A stretch of 64,000 bases of DNA from Gracilinanus agilis (lineage: Eukaryota): positions 87,625,480 through 87,689,479 of the forward strand of contig NC_058132.1 of the NCBI RefSeq assembly GCF_016433145.1. Reading direction: 5' to 3'. How positions within the stretch are numbered: position 1 is the stretch's first letter; each line of letters starts with the position of its first letter. The notes beneath the pieces are model-generated. The model ran no database searches. It saw only the letters and a program-made list of their open reading frames with translations, and was not told where the DNA came from. Position numbers and translations under genes: made by a program. Below are positions 35,767 to 48,677 of the stretch, piece by piece.

Positions 35767-37311
35767 ATCCAACTTTCTGAAGAGTAAAGAGAAAGACTTC
35801 TAATGGGGATGAATGAGTCAAAGACACATATAAAGAGGATATGATAAGAAGGAGAAAAGGATAATGAAGAAAGGAAGGGAAAATCTTGGTATGGGGAAGA
35901 GTTCAGGAGAAACAATGAGAAGATAAAGAACATTTTAGAGACAGTGATGAGAATAACATAATTTCTGGGCATAGGAATATTTTAACAGATTGGAAAGAAT
36001 TGTGGGGGGATTGAAAGAGACTGAAACAGGAAAATATTTATTGCATTGTGATGATAATAGTAGGATGTGTTGAGATAGTGATGGGAATGTAAAAACAGGT
36101 GGCAATGAGTTGAGAGAAAGTATGGGGAGAGATAAATGAGGTGAGTTAGGAAGAATAAAAAGACAATAATTGTGCTGGGCAGAGAAATATAACGACCAAT
36201 CAATTCATAGTCAATGTATCAACAAGTAGGACACTGGAATGTGCTAAATGCTATTCCCTGTACTAGTTGTTGGAAGGGGGAGAAACATAGCAATATAAAG
36301 ATACTTCCCCTCTCTCAGAACTTACAGTCTAAGTGAGGTAATTTGCAGCCATATGAACTGAAAAATAAGCAATATTTTGATACAGATGAATCCATTATCT
36401 CATTTTTGTGTCTACTCTTTGCACTGTGGCAGATTATATGTCATTAATACCCACTTTTGCTATGCACAGCAAGCAAATTTTTCTCTCATAAATCCCCCAG
36501 AGGGAGAGTGGGGGAAAAAGTCACCCAACTGGGAGAGTACTTCTAGGTCTTCAATTGGCCCATGGAAAATAGCACAATACTTGAGCTATCTACCTTTCCC
36601 TCTACCTCATTCAATGATTGACCTATATATTATTCCAAATATTAATAAAAAAGAAATTATTAATGTCCACTAAGTGGCTGTGTGGAGATGTTCCCAAAAA
36701 TACAATGAAGCATTCCTTTTTGTAAATAAACTTGCATGCTATTTGAGGAAACAATATATACAATTATAAGAAGTTACAAACTATAAACAAAAATATTTAA
36801 AGCAATTTTTGAATGAGGAATTAGTAGCTATAGAAACAGGAAATGCATTAGATAGTAAATGGTATCTGAAATGAGTTTTGAAGGAACTAAGAACTAGTAA
36901 GAGGCAAAAGTGGAATAAAATTAATTCCAGACATTAGGGATATAATGGATGAGAACTGTAAGAAGATCTGACTGACTAGGCTAAAATTGTTCATGCACTA
37001 AAGATGTAATAAATTGATTCTTTGGAATCAAGATGTGAGGAGCTTTTAATGCTAAATAGAAGATTTTGCATTCAATCTTAGAAACCTTTTTAGTAAGGAA
37101 ATAATAGTATCAGACATGTGCTTTAATAAAATTACTTAGGTACATGTCTGTGTGTGTTTATGCATTATTTAGCCATATGCATATATTGCTTAATCCTAAA
37201 TACATTTTACATATATAATAGTATAAAAGCACAGATCTGATAATGTTATATAAACAAGAAGCAATATATGTATATATACATACATATATTAACAAGAGGT
37301 AAAGAATTATC

Positions 37312-37336
37312 TGATGATGATGATGATGATGATGAT
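37312..37336. repeat. (GAT)8 microsatellite
   Basis: Direct reading. About 3 units at the paralogous site (54830). Confidence 0.9.
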
Positions 37337-38559
37337 TATAGCTTTTCAGGTTTGCAGGGTACTTTGCATGTTACATCTTTTAATGAACTAGGTAAATTAA
37401 TTGTTATTACTATCCCTATTTTGTGGGCAGGGAAACTGAGGCATAGAGAAGTTAAGTGGGTTATTTAAAGTGATGCAGCTAGTATCTGAAGCAAGATTAA
37501 AAATCAGTTTTTCCTCATCCTAGACACACTTTATCCTTTATGTCAACCAGCATCCATAGAAGCTAGCTAGTTTTTGGTATATAAATCCACAGCTTTTTAT
37601 TTAAACCCACTTTTCTTCCCACTACATGAAGTATGAGACTTGTGCCTACACAAAGGGACTTAATACTTGCGACTTGCCTTATCACATAGCTAGCATCCAC
37701 TGTCTTGGTGACTTGTTCTCTGATTTTTGCTTGGGAAATCTAGTCTTCTTTCACTATTCTCTTTGTGAACAAGCATATAATTAATGAGCTGTTCTCTCCT
37801 CTCCTAATGATTATACCATAAAGTACCAGGACTTCTTCAGTGGGAAAAAATCCCCAATTAATTCCCTGTATTTTTTTGAGGATACAAATAAGTACCCAAA
37901 GAAAAACTGTGGATTTAATATACTACAACATTCATCGACAGGTGTTGCTCAATCTTAGTATCTCTTCTATAATTACTTTTTGTCATAAGGCAATTTATAC
38001 ACATTTGTATTTTATGAGTGTATTTGGCAAAAAGGAATTGAATAAACAGAATGTTGAATTTGTCTAAGTCATGAATTTAAGAAGATAGTTTTTTATTAAA
38101 TAACTTCACATATGAAAAGGAAAAGCATTTGAGTTACTGTGAGCATGGTTGGTGATTTAGTTATAGCTTTGAGAAAGGGAATTTTTTGAAGCAAAGAATT
38201 TCTAACCTGGAGAGGACCCCTGTGGTCAAAATTGCACAAGAAAGAAAGGCAAGATCATGCACTGGATGAGTAAGGAAGATCTGAATTCATATTCAAATTC
38301 ATATGCTTAGTAGTTTGTCATTTTGGAAAAATCACTCACCCTCTGTTTGACTGAGTTTTTTCAACTGTAAAATGGGGATCATAACAGCACCTTCCTCACA
38401 GGGTTTTAGTGAGAATGGAATGATTATGTCCCATAATTCATGTCCGAAAAGTGGTCATCTGCTGGTTCAAAAGGAACACCATCCTTAAAAAGGGGAATCT
38501 ATGCTCTTCTGACCCTAATTCCTAAATCATCCCATCTAAATTTTGGTCAATTCTAATAA

Positions 38560-38740
38560 CTGGAAATAATTTCTTTAGATCATACTACTGCAGATATGAA
38601 TAACATAGAAATAGGTTTTGAAGAATGATATATGAATAACCCAGTGGAAATGCTTGTCAGATTCCAGAGCGGGGAAGAAAGAGCAGGATGAGAATCATGA
38701 ATTATGGAAACATGAAAAAATATTCTAATTAAAAAGGAAA
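38560..38740 (+). mobile_element. L1 3'UTR fragment, present only in the OR-C unit
   Basis: aataacatagaaataggttttga...acccagtggaaatgcttg...gaatcatgaattatggaaacatgaaaaaatattc. Absent at ~55940. Confidence 0.65.
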
Positions 38741-39959
38741 AAAATAAATAATTTTTTACATTAAACCTGATTAGTAACTTCTACCAATTTCTTCTAGATC
38801 TGTCCCCTAGTCACAACTCCTAACAAATGTAATTATTATTAAATCTGAAAGACATTCAAATATTTGTTAATAGCTATTGTATTTCTTACCTCTACCTCCC
38901 TCACTTGTCCACTGAAAAACAAAGCACAGAAATAACCATTCATTTTTCTGGATGTAGGTAAGAAATTATGAAATTTCATGAATTTCCATATTAGTATTGA
39001 GAGACTCTTATGGGTAATAAGGAAAACCATTTAGTGAAATCTATCACCTGCCAATGAAATCAAACTTCTCTGGTCATGAAGAGTCAAGATAAGAGGAAGA
39101 AATAAAAGATTGTTTTATGAATGGGTTGTTGAAAATATGAGATCAGTGGGTAAAGTCAAATTCAAGATCACCCATTCTGGAATAATCCAAATTATACATT
39201 TGAATTGGTTAACTTACATGTTAGGAACCATGAAAGGCAGCAGCCAGGAGTTCTTGGACTTTTTTCCCCTTTATGACATTTATTTGATATAAATTCAAAT
39301 TCAAAGATATTAATACAATGCTGGGCATTTTCAAGAAAATGACAGAAGGAAAGCTACACATTTTTATTTGCCCTCCTACAGATGATTCTCTCATGTATTC
39401 AAGGCTGGCCCTGTATTCCAACAAAGATATCATAAACAAGAGTCCTTACTAGCTTTCTTTGTCTAATCACAACATAGACCAGTGAGAGATTATAATATGG
39501 GACAGGGCAATTTGAGTTTTTGTTTTTCTTTTTTTTTTAAACCCTTAACTTCTGTGTATTAACTAATGATCTAGAGAATGTGCTGAATTCTATTCAAATA
39601 TTATCTCATTTAATTCTGGTAACAATACAGGTAAGTGCTATTATCATCTTCATTTTTGAAGAAGCTGAGGAAGATAGAGATGAAGGGGTTTCCCTAGGGT
39701 CTAAGTACTATCTAATGCACTTCTTAGCTGCCTTTGAGAAGAGCAAGATTGAAGTTAGCCAAAGAAGGTCCATGAACAAGAAAGAAAAGCCAAAGGTACT
39801 GTCAGCTTTTAGGTTGGTGGAAGAGGGAAGGGTGGAATTTATCTGCTTTGTGATTTTTCCAATCACTGATTCTGATCAGGATCACCTTGAAAGGAAATAT
39901 TCATGGTTTATTTTAAGTCTAAAAATGAAATATCAAAATAGTTAGAGGGGTGCTAAAAT

Positions 39960-40420
39960 CCAAGATGAGTTAAGAGATGGTAACAGACTACTTAGTGACT
40001 TACACTGAATCCAAGTCATAGGGTTTAGATGAGCTAAATCTCTTTATGGTGGATGACTTGGAAGATGTGATTGCTGAACTCTCAGTGCCCTTGGAAAAAT
40101 TGAGGAGTGATAGAAAGATGTTCTCAAACTTAAAATGGGTATTTTCCCCAATTTTTTAAAAAATGCGATATTATCATATTCAACTTTGACTTTAATTTTG
40201 AATAAAACTCCAGAAAATATCATTCAATGGAGGATTTTTAAGTACTAAGGCAAAGAGAAATTGACTATAATCAGTAAAAGCTATCATGGTTTTATCAAGA
40301 ACAATCCAGGAGAGACTAATCTCTTTTCCTTTATTGTAATGGTTATTATATTGTTATAACATTTTGAAAAGAATTATATAGGACAATTATAACTTAATTT
40401 CAACAAAACATTTTACAAAT
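39960..40420 (+). mobile_element. CR1/L3 reverse transcriptase remnant
   Basis: Paralog of 56386-56850. Confidence 0.7.
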
Positions 40421-40524
40421 GGTTTAATGAATGGACAAGGTGAATATATGTATACATATATAGATATGGATAGAGATATATGTAGATAGGTATATATTAG
40501 TAGATAAGATGGGTATGTCATGTT

Positions 40525-40545
40525 TTACACACACACGCACACACA

Positions 40546-40579
<34 letters not shown>
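40525..40579. repeat. (CA)n microsatellite
   Basis: Direct reading. The paralogous site (~56985) is (TACA)n-like. Confidence 0.95.
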
Positions 40580-40759
40580 AAGTAAGAACACAGAAAGCAG
40601 GAGAGACAGACAGAAGATTATAGAGAAATTAGATTAAGAAGAATTTTAATGATCAGGCAGTCAAAATAATTTGAAGATGACTTATAGTAATGTATCTTTA
40701 ATGGAGTGGAATCTGCTTTATCCTATGCTATTAAATATTTTTATAAATGACATGAATGA

Positions 40760-41100
40760 AAGCATATTCTTATAAATTTCCAAATAATGAATACCTAGGA
40801 GATAAAACTATTATACAGTTTAACATTACAGTTACAATGTAATGACAGAGCCATGGGAAAAAGGTTCAAGAGGTCAGATTTTGACCAGGTGAAAGGAAAA
40901 TCTTTCTAAAGAGCTATATGGATGTTCCATGAACTAAACTGGGAGGAAGTACTCTTTCTCTGAAGCTGGTAAGAGAAAAAAAAACAACTCAATGACCACT
41001 GGTCAATTATATTGTAGAGGAGATTCCTGTACAGTAGGGCATGGGAAAGAAGACTTCTGAAGTCATTACCAATCTTGAGTCTCCTACTCTTCAATGCATT
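40760..41100 (+). mobile_element. CR1/L3 3' end (paralog at 57330-57580; other CR1 ends near 925-1050 and 2820-3360)
   Basis: gaaaggaaaatctttctaa...gagctat...ggatgttccatgaac...ccttctct. Confidence 0.55.
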
Positions 41101-42029
41101 GAAAGGAATTACATTGCATTTAAGCAATCAATCAAACAATAAATGTTATCAAGCAAATACTATATTCTAAGTATGTGTGTGTGTGTGTTTATAGACTATG
41201 TGTGTTAATTTGCTACTGTGGAAGGTATTAAAAGCTTAAGGAAATGAGGAATGTTTCTTAAACTAAGTTTTGAGTGAACTTTGGGATCCTGAGAGTCAGA
41301 GGCAAGGAAGGAGTATATTTCGGTCATGAAAGATAGTTTTAGCAAATGCACAAAAATGGGAGGGAAATTATGAAAAAATTACATGACCAGACTCAAGCAT
41401 GTAGCAAAGGGCCTTATATATATGAAGACTGGAAAGGTAATCTGGAAAATCTGGAAAAGAATGATGTGGTATACTGAGGTTCACTAATTCACTGCATCTA
41501 GGATTCAAGGGAAGAGACTGGGGCATTTATATGAACATTATCACTTCTTGGGAATTTTGAAGAGCAGTTGTCTTTGCAGGTAAATGTTGTAATAGATATT
41601 CTTTAAGGTCCTTTCTAATAGTGAGATTCTATGATATTCTCTTCACTCATATCTAAATTAAGGAAAAGATTTTCTAGAAAATTCTCTAGAGAATTAAAAC
41701 ATGCAAATAGTAGTTCTAAAAACCAACAGGCATTTATTAATTACTTTTAACATGCCAAGTTTTGTGCCTTTCCCAACAATTAATTCTGGTGCTTTCCCTC
41801 CTATTTATCTTTTATATAGCTTGTTTGTAGATAATTGTTTCCTTGTCTTCCCCTTTAGACTGTGAGCTACTTGAAGGCAGGGACTCTTTTTGTGTCCCTA
41901 GTCCTTAGCATACTTCCTGGAACATAGTAGGTGCTTAAGAAATGCTTATTGACTGACTGATTGAATCCAATAATGTTCCAAGGGATACAAATTGTCCAAA
42001 AGGAGCACAGAAATTTCCTTGGCCAACAT

Positions 42030-42054
42030 TTTCTCCTCTTCCTCATTTCTGTAG
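42030..42054 (+). promoter_or_regulatory. Splice acceptor of the OR-C coding exon
   Basis: ttttctcctcttcctcatttctgtAG|gtgatc, 57 nt before the ATG. Confidence 0.75.
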
Positions 42055-42111
42055 GTGATCAACCTAAGGAGGAAAAGAGAAAACAACATCCTCAGATCCC
42101 ATTCTGATATC

Positions 42112-43065
42112 ATGGCTGCCACTAATCACACCTTCCATCCAGCTGTTTTCCTCCTTTGGGGCATCTCAGGTCTAGAGGAACTGCACATCTGGATCTCCAT
42201 CCCCTTCTGCACCATGTATGTAGTGGCCCTTGGAGGTAACTCCTTGTTGATCATATTTATCTGTATGGAGCACAGTCTACATGAACCCATGTACCTCTTC
42301 CTGGCCATGTTGTCCCTGTCGGACCTTTTGCTCTCCACTGCTATCATGCCCAAGATGTTGGCCATTTTTTGGTTTGAAGACAGAGTCATTTCTTTCCAGG
42401 ACTGCATCACTCAGATGTTCTCTGTCATCGCCATCTTTGTCATGGAGTCAACAGTTCTTCTGGCCATGGCATTTGACCGCTATGTGGCCATCTGCTATCC
42501 ATTGAGATATACCATGATTCTGTCCCCCTCTGTGATCAGGAAAATAGCGGGATTTTCTCTGGCCAGAGGACTGCTCATCACTTCCCCTTTCATCTTCCTA
42601 GTTGAGCAGCTGCCATTTTGTGGAAATAACATAATTACCAATACTTACTGTGAACTTCCTAAAATTTCCAGACTGGCCTGTGCAGATATCACAGCCATTA
42701 ACATTTATACACTAGTGTTGTCCTTCTTGTCCACGGGTTTAGACGTCATCCTCATCTCCATCTCATACACTTTTATTCTCCAAGCTGTCTTCAGACTCCC
42801 ATCCCGTGATGCCCAACTCAAGGCCCTGGGCACCTGCAGTTCACATGTCTGTGTCATCCTCATGTTCTACATACCAGCCTACCTGACAGTGTTGATCAGC
42901 CACATTCAGTATGGGATCCTGCTGACTAATCTCTATGTGGTTGTACCCCCTGCACTGAACCCCATTATATATGGTGTCAGGACTAAACAAATCCGGGATC
43001 ACATCATACGCAGGTTCTCCCAATTGGGCAGGGCATGCTTTGCTGGAGATGTCAGGAATAATTGA
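42112..43065 (+). CDS. Intact class I olfactory receptor, OR52 family (OR-C), 317 aa
   Basis: ATG at 42112 (MAATNHT). Full motif set and no stops. Confidence 0.96.
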   Translation: MAATNHTFHPAVFLLWGISGLEELHIWISIPFCTMYVVALGGNSLLIIFICMEHSLHEPMYLFLAMLSLSDLLLSTAIMPKMLAIFWFEDRVISFQDCITQMFSVIAIFVMESTVLLAMAFDRYVAICYPLRYTMILSPSVIRKIAGFSLARGLLITSPFIFLVEQLPFCGNNIITNTYCELPKISRLACADITAINIYTLVLSFLSTGLDVILISISYTFILQAVFRLPSRDAQLKALGTCSSHVCVILMFYIPAYLTVLISHIQYGILLTNLYVVVPPALNPIIYGVRTKQIRDHIIRRFSQLGRACFAGDVRNN

Positions 43066-43179
43066 GGTGCTTAAACTAATCTGTATCAGTCATTTTGATT
43101 TAGACATTCAAAGAAGCTGTAACCATTTGTAAAGATATTCTGACAATTGACATTAAGGGAGATTTCTTTTCTGTCAATT

Positions 43180-43400
43180 AGGCAATGAGGCTATAGAGTG
43201 GATAGAGCAATGGACCTAGAGTCAGGAAGATCTCAGTTTACATCCAGTTTACTAGAATGTTAGTTTGGCAAGTCACTTAACCTTTTCCCCCTTAGTTTCC
43301 TCAATTGTAAAAAGTGATCATCATCCCATGGTTTTTGTGACAATTCAATAGGATATTTGTAAAGTACTGGCACATGGTAGGTACTATATAAATGCTATCT
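43180..43400 (+). mobile_element. MIR (paralogous copy at 59650-59880)
   Basis: CORE consensus. Shared by both duplicated units, so it predates the duplication. Confidence 0.7.
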
Positions 43401-43582
43401 ATTGCTATTATTATTTTCATGTATAAAACAGATTAATCATAAACTTCATATATCCATACATTCTTTTTAAAATTAAATTTATATGCTATTTCACTTAATG
43501 ACCTCATTCCCCCCCAAAATTCCCTCAGGTATCATCACTAAGCAAATGTTTCTCAGATCTACTTGTCTCCATATTTGCACCT

Positions 43583-44418
43583 TGTAGCAGAATATTTGTT
43601 AGTTAATTAAGAATTAATTAGGAAATAGGATATTATTGTTGATAGACAGATAAAGAGAGAGTTGAGTGGGTTGGATTTCTTTAAGCCAGAATGGAATCTC
43701 AAAGATGACTCATGGGAAAAGAAATTTCTCAAGGAGCTTTGGGAAAGACAGTTGGACTAACGTACTCACTCTTTGAACGGTCCTGAATAAGGAAGGTTAT
43801 TTGAAGAGGCTACTCTGGAAGTTGGGAGAAATTTCTGGTGAATTTATCTCTTGAAACCATCCCAGCTGACCAGAGACCAACGTTTGTATTGTGTGCAGTA
43901 CCAGTGCCGAGCCCAGTAGGTGGCAGAAAAGAGAGAGCTGTGTGAATGGAGAAAGTTTGTGAAGATTCTGAAAGCTGCTTTTTTCATCTGAACAGCTGGA
44001 AAAGAAATCTAACTGATTCCTTTCTGATTATAAAGTTATATTTAGTATAGGATAGAAAGATAGATATTTGGGGATTTAGTTAAATAGAGAAGAATAAGAA
44101 GGATCACTCTTAGTGATCATGAAGAAATCCTTCACAGGATAGATTCTGGGGGTTGTTTGAGTCAAGATAATTTTAGAGTTACGGAATTACAATTCCTAAA
44201 CTTCCTATTTCAATATCTCCAATTTCCTTTTCCTATCATTTTTCTTATAGAGGTAAATTTAATAAATGTTTTTTATAGATTTGTCTACAGTCAAGTCTTT
44301 TCACCTACCAGTCCATCAAATTCAACTATCAACTCCCAACAAATAAATCTGTTTATAACCTAGTAATAATAGGCTATTATATCTTTAATCTACAACTGAA
44401 CAAACCCCCAAAATAGCA
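43583..44418 (+). mobile_element. Solo LTR, 836 bp
   Basis: TG...CA ends and a 4-bp TSD acct. The empty site ttgcacctcaaactcc is present in the duplicate at ~60033. AATAAA near the 3' end. Confidence 0.85.
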
Positions 44419-44419
44419 A

Positions 44420-45200
44420 CCTCAAACTCCCTATGGGACATATCAAACTGGATGTTCTATTCATATCTTTCACTTAACACAGCTCAAACTGAATTTATCT
44501 TTCTTTTTTTCCAAAACCTTCTCCTCTACCTAAATTCCCCATTTTTTCCTAATACTATCATTCTTCCAGTCATCTAGGCTCACAGTCTAAGTGCAACCTT
44601 CACTCCTCATTTTCAGTCAACTTCCAAATCCCATCAGTTGTCAAATTCTGTTATTTCTAGCTTCATAATGTCTCTTATCTATCAACTTCTTTCCTCTGAC
44701 CCTACAATCATCATGGTGTATGTAAGTTTTCATTACCTAACCCATAAAGAAACTCATAAAAGCTACCTGCCTCAGGTCTTTCTCCACTCCAGTCTGCCCT
44801 CCACTCAGCTGTCAAATTAATCTTCCCAAAACTCAGGTATGATTGAATCACACCTACCATTAAAAACAAACAAAAAGCCAGTGGCTCCCTATTACTTCCA
44901 GTATTAGATATAAAAGTTTCTGTCTGGTTTTTAAAATCCTTTAATCAGTCTCTACCAACCGTTTCCCAGTTCCCTTACACTATATTCTCATCTATATATG
45001 CTGTGATCAAGTAACACTGGTCTCATTGCAATTCCTTGCATGTGACATTCCATCTCCTGACTGCATTTTCCCTGGCTGTCCTCCACACACCTGGAATGTT
45101 CTCCTTCCTTATCTTTGTTTTCCTGGATTTCTTCAAGTCTCAAATAAAATTTCACCTTCTATAAGAAATCATTCCTGATTTTTCTAAAATTTCACTATGT
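44420..45200 (-). mobile_element. L2 remnant (paralog at 60035-60800)
   Basis: ctcaaactc...ggacatatc...tcttccagtcatctaggctcac...ccagtctgccctccactcagctgtcaaatt. Confidence 0.65.
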
Positions 45201-45747
45201 GACTATCATTGATATTTTGCAGCTTTGTTGCCTCTGATGGAGTCACAAAGTGTTGGGTTTCTCCAAGTTCAGCTGGTTTTTCTCTCTTACTCAAATGAGA
45301 AAAAAATTTCTTTAGTCTTGCTTGATTTCAAGATGGTGTTTTTTCTGTGTGTGTGTATATGTGTATGTGTGTGTGTGTGTAGAAATGGAGGGGAGTGGTT
45401 TGAGCAGAGTATCCTTTATTCCACTGCCTTAGCTCCTAATATGCAACTGAAGAAATCATATTGAAAAGATTCTCTTGTTAATGTTTATTTTAAAATTTAT
45501 AGTAAATATTTCAATAGGAAAAATAACTTTGAGTTGACCCCTAAATCTCAATTTCTCATTTTATCCTCTTCTGTGCTACCGGTAACTGTTTTTCTTTTCT
45601 TTTTCTTTCAATTTTTTGTTTTTCAATAAGTTTCTGCATGAAATTTCCAAAGATATACACTCCAAATTTTCTCCTTCCCTTCTTCCTCTCCCCCTCTCCT
45701 GAAGGTGGCAAGCAATTCAAAACACATTTGCATATTGTTCATTTTTT

Positions 45748-46907
45748 TAAACATTTATTAATATACATTTTTAACATGGTTACATGATTCATGCTCCTCC
45801 TTTCCCCTTCACCCCCCCCCCCGCGCTCCCCCCACCCATAGCCGATGCGCATTTCCACTAGTTTTGTCATGTGTCCTTGATCAAGACCAGTTTCCAAATT
45901 GTTGGTAGTTGCATTGGTGTGGTAGTTTCGAGTCCACACCCTCAATCACGTCCACCCCGACCCATGCGTTCAAGCAGTTGTTTTTCTTATATGTTTCCTC
46001 TCCTGCAGTCCTTCCTCTGAATGTGGGTAGCATCTTTACCATAAATCCCTCAGAATTGTCCTGGGTCATTGTATTGCTGCTGGTACAGGAGCCCATTACA
46101 TTCGATTTTACCACAGTATATCAGTCTCTGTGTACAATGTTCTTCTGGCTCTGCTCCTTTCGCTCTGCATCAGTTTCTGGAGGTCTCTCCAGTTCGCCTG
46201 GAACTCCTCCAGTTTATTGTTCCTTTTAGCACAATAGTATTCCATCACCCGCATATACCACAGTTTGTTCAGCCATTCCCCAATTGAAGGACATACCCTC
46301 CTTTTNNNNNNNNNNNNNNNNNNNNNNNNNNNNNNNNNNNNNNNNNNNNNNNNNNNNNNNNNNNNNNNNNNNNNNNNNNNNNNNNNNNNNNNNNNNNNNN
46401 NNNNNNNNNNNNNNNNNNNNNNNNNNNNNNNNNNNNNNNNNNNNNNNNNNNNNNNNNNNNNNNNNNNNNNNNNNNNNNNNNNNNNNNNNNNNNNNNNNNN
46501 NNNNNNNNNNNNNNNNNNNNNNNNNNNNNNNNNNNNNNNNNNNNNNNNNNNNNNNNNNNNNNNNNNNNNNNNNNNNNNNNNNNNNNNNNNNNNNNNNNNN
46601 NNNNNNNNNNNNNNNNNNNNNNNNNNNNNNNATAGTGGATTCATGTCCCAAAAGTTGGGCTCTTTGGGTTTATCATACACTGTCTTGCTGATGTCATTTA
46701 TCCCAAGTCTATTCCATTGATCCTCCTCTCTATCTCTTAGCCAGTACCATATTGTTTTGATGACTGCTGCTTTATACTATAGTTTCATATCTGGTATTGC
46801 TAGGCCCCCTTCCTTCACATTTTTTTTCATTATTTCCCTTGATATTCTTGATCTTTTGTTATTCCAAATGAAATTTGTTACAATATGTTTCATTAACAAA
46901 TAACAAA
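45748..46907 (-). mobile_element. Young 5'-truncated L1 spanning the assembly gap
   Basis: 17-bp TSD catattgttcatttttt (45731/46908). The 3' end is nearly identical to 8588-9274. Confidence 0.92.
46306..46631. other. Assembly gap (326 N)
   Basis: Direct reading. Lies inside a young L1. Confidence 0.99.
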
Positions 46908-47680
46908 CATATTGTTCATTTTTTAAAGTGAATAATCTAAAAAAAATCAATACTCCCATACTATACCCAAATAAACAAGTGAAAATTTATATGCTTTTAT
47001 CTGAATTCTTACTCTAAGAGTTCTTTCTCTGGAAATGGATAGCATTCTTTTTCATAAGTCCTTCAGAATTATCTTGGATCATTATATTGTTGATAGTAGC
47101 TAAGTCTATCACACATCTTCATTCTACAGTATTGCTATTACTGTGTAAAATGTTTTCCTGGTTCTATTTATTTCACTCTGTATCAGTTCATATAGGTCTT
47201 TCCATCTCCTTCTGAAATCACCCTATTCATAATTCCTTACAGCACAATCCATCACCATCATATACTACATTTTGTTCAGTCATTCCCCAATTTATGTGGA
47301 CATCCCTTTAGTTTCCAATTCTTTGCCACCATTAAAAAGAACAGCTATAAATATTTTTGTACAAGCAGGCCTTTTCTCATTTAATCTTTTTGGTATACAG
47401 ATTTAGCGGTATTACTGTATCAAAGGATAGGAATTGTTTTGAAGCCTTTTGGGCATAGTTTCAAATTACCCTTCAGAATGTCTGGATCAGTTCACAACTC
47501 CACCAGCAATGAATTAGTGTCACAATTTTGCTGCATCACTTATAGCATTTATCATTTTCATTCACTAAAATACCGGGCAATCTGATAGGTGGGAGATGGT
47601 TTACCTCAGAGTTGTTTTAATTTGCGTTTCAATTATCAAGATTGATTTAGAACTTTTTAAAATATGATTATTGATAGCTT

Positions 47681-48677
47681 TGATAATTAGATTAAATCTA
47701 CCCTGCCCATCTTTAGATTTAAGGACCAAAGGTGAAAATATCTCCATTTAAGTTGGGAGGTCTGTGACCCAAGGGCCTGTGCTAAAGTGAGTGACAAATC
47801 AGAATTTACTGACTGCCTCCTGGGCAGTCCTAAGAAAAGCATCTGTTGTGATTGGACATGTAAACTAAGAGGAAGGCACAAGAAGTGATGCAAAAGAAAC
47901 CCCTTTAAAAGAGAGTTCATTAAGCTCAGCTTCTTCTTGTTTGTGGCTTGGACTTGGAGGAGCTCTGGAGCTGGAACTCAGAGAACTTGGTGAGACTGTT
48001 CTTAAATCTTTCCTTTGGAATTCCATGTGGTGAGTGTAAAGACCAAATCTTCCTGAGCTTCTCTTAAGGAACTTCCCTTTCAAAGAGACTCTGTGACTGA
48101 AACTTTTACTTCATTTGCCTCTGTGGCCCTCCGGACCTCTGGCACTCTGACTTTCCAGCCTTGGGCTCAAGGCCTTACGTCCCTTGGCTGAGGGGTTAAT
48201 TAGATCTGCCTGAGTTAAACTAGGGGAGGGATGCAAATTACCTAGTGTGTTAGATTACATGTCTTATCTTATCCTATTTCTCATTTCCTTATTTCCTCTT
48301 CCTCTCCACATTTGTTAAAAAACTTCCATAAAAGTTATTTTGAGGGGACAGCTGGGTGGCTCAGTGGATTGAGAATCAGAACCAGAGATGGGAGGTCCTG
48401 GGTTCAAATCTGGCCTCAGATACTTCCTAGCTATGTGACCCTGGGCAAGTCACTTAACCCCCATTGCCTAGCCCTTACCACTCTTCCACCTTGGAACCAA
48501 TACCCAGTATTGATTCTAAGATGGAAGGTAAGGGTCTTAAAAATAAATAATTAAAAAATAAATAAAAGTCATTTTGACTTGAAGTTATTCTTTAATTGGG
48601 GATCAATAATCATTCAATTCCTTGGCAACTAAACCTTTTAATATTCACCCAATCAAAACCCCTTTTTATCCCTTACA
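47681..48677 (+). mobile_element. Solo LTR inside an old L1, itself carrying a SINE
   Basis: TG...CA ends, TSD tagctt/taactt. L1 sequence resumes on both sides. Confidence 0.8.
48344..48561 (+). mobile_element. CORE-SINE inserted at the LTR poly(A) signal
   Basis: 16-bp TSD ataaaagt(t/c)attttga. Confidence 0.9.

Noticed and set aside
46108-46720. Long ORFs containing X runs
   Set aside because: Artefacts of translating through the N gap.
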